A stretch of 64,000 nt of DNA from a virus, in the IMG/VR virus record IMGVR_UViG_3300025158_000005. The stretch is one strand, 5' to 3'. This document shows positions 57,645 through 64,000 of this stretch, piece by piece; within the stretch, counting starts at the first letter, position 1; each line of letters opens with the position of its first letter. The position numbers were made by a program, and so were the translations under genes. A model generated the notes under the pieces. The model made no database searches, had not been told where the DNA came from, and saw nothing but the letters and a program-made list of their open reading frames with translations.

Positions 57645-58316
57645 ATGCCAAATGTAAAGTTAGTTGCAATCACAAACCCTGTAGTTGGTGGTATTAATAC
57701 CGCAGAAGAATTCGTAGCCTACGCAGCTAGGGTAAGCAATCCCGGCAATCAGATTAATAATGAGACTGCACCAAAACTGCTTGCTTATCTTATGAAGCAT
57801 AAGCATTGGTCACCCCTAGAAATGGTTTCACTTACAATGGAGATTGAGACCACCCGTGACATTGGTCGGCAGATTTTAAGGCATCGTTCATTCTCGTTTC
57901 AGGAGTTTTCTCAACGGTATGCAGATGCGCGAGAAATGGGGTTTGAGTTCCGTGATGCCAGATTGCAAGATCAAAAGAATCGCCAAAATAGTATTGACAC
58001 GAATGATGTTGATCTAAAAATGCTGTGGCAATCAAAACAAGAGTCTGTATTGGGCGAATCACAGAAAGCATATGACTGGGCAATCAAGAATGGTATTGCA
58101 AAGGAACAAGCCAGAGCAGTTTTGCCAGAAGGAATGACTCATAGTAGACTTTATATGGCAGGTTCGCTTCGTTCTTGGATTCATTATTGTGCGCTAAGAT
58201 GCGCCAATGGTACACAGAAAGAGCATCAAGAAGTCGCGTTGAAATCATGGGACGTTATTTGTAAAGAGTTTCCATCAATCGCCGCTATCTCCGCTGAGGT
58301 ATTATTGAATGGATAA
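57645..58316 (+). CDS. thyX: Flavin-dependent thymidylate synthase
   Basis: ARVS, HWSPLE, RHRSFSFQEFSQRY and TQKEH motifs. Confidence 0.96.
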   Translation: MPNVKLVAITNPVVGGINTAEEFVAYAARVSNPGNQINNETAPKLLAYLMKHKHWSPLEMVSLTMEIETTRDIGRQILRHRSFSFQEFSQRYADAREMGFEFRDARLQDQKNRQNSIDTNDVDLKMLWQSKQESVLGESQKAYDWAIKNGIAKEQARAVLPEGMTHSRLYMAGSLRSWIHYCALRCANGTQKEHQEVALKSWDVICKEFPSIAAISAEVLLNG

Positions 58317-58482
58317 CACTAAGATTCGGATTTTTCAATATTATGATGGATTTGGTATTGAGATTAACACCAAAGATGATGAGTATCGTTTCGACTTTGG
58401 ACAAGAGGATACAGTCAGTGATTTAGTTGACGTATTCAATTCACTAGGATTCAAAAAAGTAACTTATGAAGATGTGATGTAA
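58309..58482 (+). CDS. Small acidic hypothetical protein (57 aa)
   Basis: RBS gagg; coupled on both sides. Confidence 0.5.
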   Translation: MDNTKIRIFQYYDGFGIEINTKDDEYRFDFGQEDTVSDLVDVFNSLGFKKVTYEDVM

Positions 58483-59121
58483 ATGAAAAACAACTATACA
58501 CACGTGACAAATCTGTTGGATCGTTCCGGTTCAATGTGTATCGTAGCAAATGATGTTGTTGGTGGTGGAATGAAGACGTTCATCGATGAACAGAAGAACG
58601 TTCCCGGCGAATGCACCATGAGTCTTTAACAGTTCGATGATAGTTTCCAAGCAGATTTTGAACTTCAACCAATTCAAGATGTTAACTCAAACATTACGTT
58701 CAATCCTCGAGGTTGGACTGCTTTGTACGATGCAATTGGTAAATCGATCATTCAAACTGGTGAGCATCTTGCCAATATGAAGGACGAAGATCGTCCAGAA
58801 AAAGTTTTATTCGTCATCTTCACGGATGGTGAAGAAAATCACAGTTCCGAATATAACTACATTCGCGTGAAAGAACTAATTAAAGAACAAACGGACAAGT
58901 ACAACTGACAGTTTATCTATCTTGGCGCAAATCAAGATGGTATGGTAACTGGTGCCAGTCTAGGAATCTCTGCTGCTAAAACAGTTACGTATGATGTTTA
59001 TGCAACCGGATCGACCTTTGCAAATCTATCATCAAAAGCCGCGTCATATCGTTCAGTCGTTGCAAATGATGATGTACTAAACTATACTGCCGCCGAACAC
59101 GAAGCGGTTTTGAACAAATAA
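58483..59121 (+). pseudogene. vWA-domain protein with two in-frame stops
   Basis: MIDAS DRSGSM, G.TALYDA, TDGEEN and YLGANQD; TAA at 58627 and TGA at 58906. Confidence 0.8.
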
Positions 59122-59134
59122 GGAAAAATATTTT

Positions 59135-59620
59135 ATGAGTCAAATCAACGTAAAAATCGTAAACAAATCAAAGCATAAGCTACCACAATACGAAACATCT
59201 GGTGCATCCGGCATGGATATTCGTGCAAACTTGGAAACTTCAAGCATAAGTATTGCTCCCGGGCAAACTGTTCTAGTTCCTACCGGGGTGTTTGTTGAGA
59301 TTCCAGATGGATATGAAATCCAAGTCCGACCTAGAAGTGGTCTATCGCTAAAAACGAAGTTGCGAGTCGCAAACAGCCCAGGAACGATTGATTCTTGCTA
59401 TCGTGGAGAAATTAAAGTTATCATGACAAACACGGCAGACGCCGTGCATAACTACACAATAGGGATACAACATGTCTCCTACGAAAATGAAGTTATCAAT
59501 GATGGTGATAGGATTGCACAAATCGTTTTGTGTGAAGTGCCAAAAATCAACTGGGTTTACGCGACTGAATTATCTGATACTGATCGGGGAACTGGGGGAT
59601 TTGGCTCAACAGGAAAATAA
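59135..59620 (+). CDS. dut: Trimeric dUTPase
   Basis: GMDI, RPRSG, GTIDS.YRGE, RIAQ and RG.GGFGSTG motifs. Confidence 0.96.
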   Translation: MSQINVKIVNKSKHKLPQYETSGASGMDIRANLETSSISIAPGQTVLVPTGVFVEIPDGYEIQVRPRSGLSLKTKLRVANSPGTIDSCYRGEIKVIMTNTADAVHNYTIGIQHVSYENEVINDGDRIAQIVLCEVPKINWVYATELSDTDRGTGGFGSTGK

Positions 59621-59629
59621 GGATAAAAC

Positions 59630-61486
59630 GTGGATAAGACTCAAGAAATTTTAAGTGATGTAACGGTTTTTTTGAAATATGCGAAGTACATTCCAGAACT
59701 AAAGCGTAGAGAGAACTGGCAAGACTTGACTGAACGAAACATGGCAATGCATATTCGCAAGTATCCGGAACTAAAGGAAGAAATCAAGAAGATCTACCGG
59801 AACTTTGTTACCTCCAAAAAGGTTCTTCCTTCAATGCGATCGCTACAGTTTGGTGGTCGCCCAATCGAATTAAGTAACACAAGGATTTACAATTGTAGCT
59901 ATCTCCCACTTGATCATTCCGATTCCTTCTCCGAAACGATGTTCTTGTTGTTGTCGGGAACTGGCGTAGGCATCGGCGTACAGAAGTTTCAAGTTGAAAA
60001 GTTACCGATGGTCGTTGGACCCAAGAACAAATATCGACGTTTTCTAGTCGGCGACTCCATTGAGGGTTGGTCCGATGCGGTTAAAGTTTTGATGGAAGCA
60101 TACTTCAAAAACAAGTCTGAACCAGTTTTCGACTTCCGTGATATTCGTCCCAAGGGAGCAAGACTGATCACTTCTGGGGGTAAGGCTCCCGGACCAGACC
60201 CGCTCAGAATTTGTATTGACAAGGTACGTAGTGTACTAAACAATGCGATCGGCAGAAAGCTGATTCCTCTTGAAGCCCATGACATTGCTTGTCACATTGC
60301 CGACGCTGTTCTTGCTGGAGGTATTCGACGTGCTGCCATGATTTCCTTGTTCTCCGCTGATGACGTTGACATGATGACATGTAAGAGTGGAGCGTGGTGG
60401 GAACTGAATCCTCAACGTGGTCGAGCAAACAATTCGGTAACCCTGCATCGTGATTACATTACAGAATCACAGTTCAAAGCACTGTGGAAGAAGACTCAAG
60501 AATCTGGCGCCGGTGAACCTGGCGTTTATTGGACAAATAATCTAGATTGGGGAACTAATCCCTGTTGTGAAGTTGCCCTGCGCCCATACTCTTTCTGTAA
60601 TCTTACAGAGGTAAACGTATCCGACACCGACACACAGGAAGAACTAAACGCACGTGTCAAATCTGCCGCATTCATCGGAACACTTCAAGCTGGATATACG
60701 AGTTTCCATTACTTGAGACAAATTTGGGAAGAAACAACCAAAGCTGATGCGTTGATCGGCGTTGGGTTGACTGGTATTGGTTCAGGTGCGGTTCTAAAAC
60801 TTGATCTGACAGAAGCAGCAAACGTGGTCAAGGAAGAAAATCTTCGTGTTGCTAACATGATCGGAATCAATCCCGCCGCGAGAACTACCGTTATCAAACC
60901 TGCAGGCACAACATCACTTGTTGTTGGTTCAGCATCAGGCATCCATGCATGGCATAACGATTACTACCTCCGTCGAATTCGCGTTGGTAAGAACGAATCA
61001 TTGTACACATACATGATTGAAAATCTTCCAGAGTTGGTTGCAGACGACCACTTTATGCCACATATCCAAGCGGTGATTTCGTTCCCACAAAAGGCTCCAG
61101 AAGGTTCGATTCTTCGCACAGAGAGTTACATGGACCTTCTTGAACGTGTGAAGAAATTCAATCTTGAATGGATTCACAAGGGTCATAATGATGGAGACAA
61201 TCACAACAACGTATCTTGCACGATATCACTGAGAGATGACGAATGGGATGATTGTGGAGACTGGATGTGGGAGAATCGTCACACGTACAACGGTATTTCT
61301 GTTCTACCTTACGCCGGTGGTTCTTACATTCAAGCTCCTTTTGAAGACATAGACGAATATCAGTTCAACGAGATTGTAAAACATCTTCATGCGATAAATC
61401 TTGTCAACGTTATTGAGGAAGACGGAAGCAATGTGAATCTACAAGCAGAGCCCGCATGTGCGGGCGGAGCATGTGAGGTAAGATGA
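59630..61486 (+). CDS. nrdJ: Class II (B12-dependent) ribonucleotide reductase
   Basis: NC, GGIRR.A, TNPCCE, CNLTE, KPAGT, Y.QAPFE and C-terminal CAGGAC; no nrdB nearby. Confidence 0.93.
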   Translation: MDKTQEILSDVTVFLKYAKYIPELKRRENWQDLTERNMAMHIRKYPELKEEIKKIYRNFVTSKKVLPSMRSLQFGGRPIELSNTRIYNCSYLPLDHSDSFSETMFLLLSGTGVGIGVQKFQVEKLPMVVGPKNKYRRFLVGDSIEGWSDAVKVLMEAYFKNKSEPVFDFRDIRPKGARLITSGGKAPGPDPLRICIDKVRSVLNNAIGRKLIPLEAHDIACHIADAVLAGGIRRAAMISLFSADDVDMMTCKSGAWWELNPQRGRANNSVTLHRDYITESQFKALWKKTQESGAGEPGVYWTNNLDWGTNPCCEVALRPYSFCNLTEVNVSDTDTQEELNARVKSAAFIGTLQAGYTSFHYLRQIWEETTKADALIGVGLTGIGSGAVLKLDLTEAANVVKEENLRVANMIGINPAARTTVIKPAGTTSLVVGSASGIHAWHNDYYLRRIRVGKNESLYTYMIENLPELVADDHFMPHIQAVISFPQKAPEGSILRTESYMDLLERVKKFNLEWIHKGHNDGDNHNNVSCTISLRDDEWDDCGDWMWENRHTYNGISVLPYAGGSYIQAPFEDIDEYQFNEIVKHLHAINLVNVIEEDGSNVNLQAEPACAGGACEVR

Positions 61487-61659
61487 TGACAAACTGGGCA
61501 GACCTAATTTTCTCCGCGATCAATTTGTGGACTGCCCCGACATATCTACCAAGGAAGTGCCAGAAGCGGTGTAAGTTAGACGATTCTGGCACTTACTGCA
61601 CTGGATGTTATCGGACAATAGAGCAGATAAAAGAAGCCGGAAGGAAGAAAAATGAGTGA
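61483..61659 (+). CDS. DUF1289-like small Cys-rich protein
   Basis: C...C.LD....C.GC.RT.EQI motif. Confidence 0.55.
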   Translation: MMTNWADLIFSAINLWTAPTYLPRKCQKRCKLDDSGTYCTGCYRTIEQIKEAGRKKNE

Positions 61660-61939
61660 TTATATTGGTTATGCAAATTTATTGAAGTTGGTAGATGAAA
61701 TGGTGGATGAACATAGTCTGGTTCTTGCTGATGGAGTTAGAGAATTTGACTCCGGCGGCATGAATTATGAAGAACTAAAGGGTTTGGTCACGAACAAAAT
61801 GGTTCAACTTGTTATGGATATTTACGCGGACAGGAATATGACCGACCTAGAAAAAACCGTGTCAATCATTTCATCCATGAGTTACTTGAGCATGGAAAAT
61901 TTTGTGATACATGTAGATAGGTTGAAGAAAGGTTATTGA
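61652..61939 (+). CDS. Hypothetical protein
   Basis: 95-aa coupled ORF. Confidence 0.5.
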   Translation: MSDYIGYANLLKLVDEMVDEHSLVLADGVREFDSGGMNYEELKGLVTNKMVQLVMDIYADRNMTDLEKTVSIISSMSYLSMENFVIHVDRLKKGY

Positions 61940-62372
61940 TCATGGTCGCGTTTGGGGCGATTATTGTTATTATTGCGGTGAGTTTCATGAGTTATCCGAC
62001 ATGCAACAGCGCGAAATCTGGGTAGTAACTGGAAAGTCGGGTGGTTCGACAACGTATCGCGGGTCGATGCACGGTTAAAGTGGTGGAAAGAATGGTAGCC
62101 GAAGACAAACCGGGGGTGGCGTCTCATATAACACGGGTCGCAAATATTACAAACGAAAACCGGTTTTGATATGTAACGAGCGCATTCAAGAAGAACAGGA
62201 ACAAGCGACGCGAGCAGCCAAGGTCAAATCGACATATGAATCATTTGCGATAAAACTGTTTGGTGTAGGTATAGGTGCGGTTGTACTCGCAAATATATTT
62301 TCTTGGTTTAGCCCAGTGATACCATTTTTGATTATAACAGTTGCAATTTTAATATTCTTGAAAGGATGAATA

Positions 62373-62693
62373 ATGCTAAAGTTTGAGTATTCTGATGATG
62401 AAAGTACATTGACACGCAGTATCTTCAGGGAAGATATGACGTGGGATGAGGCGTTTCAATATTTCTTCGAGTTTCTTGGAGGTTGTGGATATATTTTTCC
62501 AAAGGAAGTTAACAGTTTTGATGAACTAATAAACATATATCACCCCGTGCCGGAGGTTCATGAAGAATTCAAGAATTTTCGACCAATGTGTTCAAAGCCT
62601 CAACATATCGGTTGTCCCGCGAGACTAGATTCTGGCGAATGTGAAACTGTGGAATATTGTATTTGGAAGGAATCTAATGAATCGATGGAATGA
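62373..62693 (+). CDS. Hypothetical protein
   Basis: TW.E....F.EFL.GCGY motif common in phage ORFs. Confidence 0.55.
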   Translation: MLKFEYSDDESTLTRSIFREDMTWDEAFQYFFEFLGGCGYIFPKEVNSFDELINIYHPVPEVHEEFKNFRPMCSKPQHIGCPARLDSGECETVEYCIWKESNESME

Positions 62694-63138
62694 TTACTTC
62701 ATGGACTTGGCAATAAGATCGTCCGAAATGTCTTATTGCAACAGGTTGAAAGTTGGTGCTACTGCTGTTCGGGATAATCGCCCAATACTAAGTTCTTGGA
62801 ATGGTACGCCTACTGGATCGGACAATTGTTGTGAAGAAACAAAATCTCGATGGGTAACTGATGAGTATGGTTTGAACGGTAAAACTGAATATTATACCGT
62901 GACCAAAGATGAGGTTTCTCATGCTGAGGAAAATTTGATTACTTGGGCTGCCAAAGAGGGGATTTCTCTCAATGGGTGTACTTTATACGTTACCCACAAC
63001 CCATGTGTTCATTGCGCAAAGTTGATAAAAAAATCTGGTATCGAACATGTTGTATGGAAAGATCAATATCGAAGCGATGCTGGCCTGAATTATTTTACTA
63101 AATATCAGGTTAAAACAACTCAGTATACAAAGACATGA
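62677..63138 (+). CDS. cd: dCMP deaminase
   Basis: S.C.RLKVGA, NGTP.G, HAEEN and PCVHCAK motifs. Confidence 0.92.
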   Translation: MNRWNDYFMDLAIRSSEMSYCNRLKVGATAVRDNRPILSSWNGTPTGSDNCCEETKSRWVTDEYGLNGKTEYYTVTKDEVSHAEENLITWAAKEGISLNGCTLYVTHNPCVHCAKLIKKSGIEHVVWKDQYRSDAGLNYFTKYQVKTTQYTKT

Positions 63139-63275
63139 AAATAAAGATTTTTTGCTGGGAATGTGATACAGAATTCAGTGTATCGTATCAAGGGGATGAA
63201 CCTCTACATCATTGCCCATTATGCGGGGCTGATCTAGAAGTCAACGATGAGGATGTAACACAAGAATCAGATTAA
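63135..63275 (+). CDS. Small Zn-ribbon protein (46 aa)
   Basis: CWEC...CPLCG. Confidence 0.6.
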   Translation: MKIKIFCWECDTEFSVSYQGDEPLHHCPLCGADLEVNDEDVTQESD

Positions 63276-63707
63276 CGCTGCTTCTAGTTCATTATGAAGA
63301 TTCGGAGTCTTGGCGAACCAGTTCCGCATTATCTTTGCCCTAATATTTCCATTCAGGCATAATGGATCAAACAGGGCACCAGTTTTGTAAAGTGCCCATT
63401 CTTCCGAATATGCCATGGCTCCCATCGTAGTGACGAATATTAATATTTTTCGTTCAAACTGATTCGGATCGGCTTTTGCTAATCCTTTGATTTCATCGTT
63501 GGATGACCAGTAGTCTTTCCAGTCACTCTCTTTTCTGATTTTCTTCTTCTTACCATTGACAGTCTTTGTTGCTGACTTTGTAAGTAAACGTCTTCCTATA
63601 TACCATTTCCCCGTTGTTTTTTGTGTTATCTTATAGATGAATCCAATAGACCCTACTGGTATCGCGTCATCTGTTATAGGCACTCCGTTGTAAATCCATG
63701 AATTCAT
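63267..63707 (-). CDS. GIY-YIG endonuclease, DenA (endonuclease II)-like
   Basis: W.YNG, GFIY.IT...GK.YIG, ESDWKDYWSS and N.NI motifs. Confidence 0.75.
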   Translation of the reverse strand: MNSWIYNGVPITDDAIPVGSIGFIYKITQKTTGKWYIGRRLLTKSATKTVNGKKKKIRKESDWKDYWSSNDEIKGLAKADPNQFERKILIFVTTMGAMAYSEEWALYKTGALFDPLCLNGNIRAKIMRNWFAKTPNLHNELEAALI

Positions 63708-63725
63708 TGAGTTTTCTCTGGTGTG

Positions 63726-63754
63726 TTGACATTAATTCGTTCCTAATGTAGTAT
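63726..63754 (+). promoter_or_regulatory. Early-type sigma70 promoter
   Basis: TTGACA-N17(..TG)-TAGTAT. Confidence 0.65.
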
Positions 63755-63795
63755 ATATGCAGTGAAAACGGAGAAGATCATGAAAAACTTTAAAG

Positions 63796-63832
63796 TTGGT
63801 GACTTGGTGACTTGGTGACTTGGTGACTTGGT
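63796..63832 (+). repeat. Tandem 8-mer TTGGTGAC x4.6
   Basis: Direct reading; interrupts the ORF starting at 63780 (MKNFKVGDLV). Confidence 0.9.
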
Positions 63833-64000
63833 TAACCACTCACAACATTACTTTGAGAGCACTGGGAGCCCATTGATTCTCTCACTTATGGTATAGTCAC
63901 TGAAGTTTATTTTTTGCTGGCGATTCTGATCTGGTCGCCGTTGCCGCTGGCCGCGTGTTCATTGGCAGGGTGAAGCGGGGGTCGGTCGTGACGCTGCAAG

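Noticed and set aside
58483-59121. Genome-wide stop-codon reassignment
   Set aside because: TAA, TGA and TAG all terminate intact core genes, and no core gene has internal stops.
392-62127. Numerous short antisense or alternate-frame ORFs in the track
   Set aside because: They are shadows of well-supported + strand genes, with no RBS or motifs; only 34552-35322, 63267-63707 and the 22986 relic are supported on the minus strand.

Overview
This is 64 kb of a T4-like (Tevenvirinae-superfamily) myophage genome, almost entirely on the + strand and roughly 38-40% GC by eye. It carries the neck/terminase/tail/head module (gp13-gp23, gp3), uvsY/uvsW, gp55/47/46, rIIA/B, clamp and clamp loader, regA, RNA and DNA ligases, gp43, uvsX, gp41, a late-transcribed internal-protein cassette, spanins, gp61 primase, a nucleotide-metabolism block (HD hydrolase, thyX, dut, class II nrdJ, dCMP deaminase) and one CAU tRNA. 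Six things stand out. (1) An Rnl2-type RNA ligase is split in two by an inverted HNH endonuclease, and each half carries a new ~30-37 aa extension that is not a canonical intein. (2) A structured non-coding element occurs twice, 48 kb apart, and each copy has its own antisense sigma70 promoter. (3) A set of proteins has T4 IP-like capsid-targeting N-termini, including a ligase-fold and a HIGH-fold nucleotidyltransferase. (4) uvsX is fractured by a split intein plus a free-standing GIY-YIG endonuclease. (5) rIIB is fused to a Ser-less acyl-carrier-like domain and a Zn ribbon. (6) Many accessory genes are pseudogenised while the core genes are intact. All calls come from motif recognition by eye; no database searches were run.
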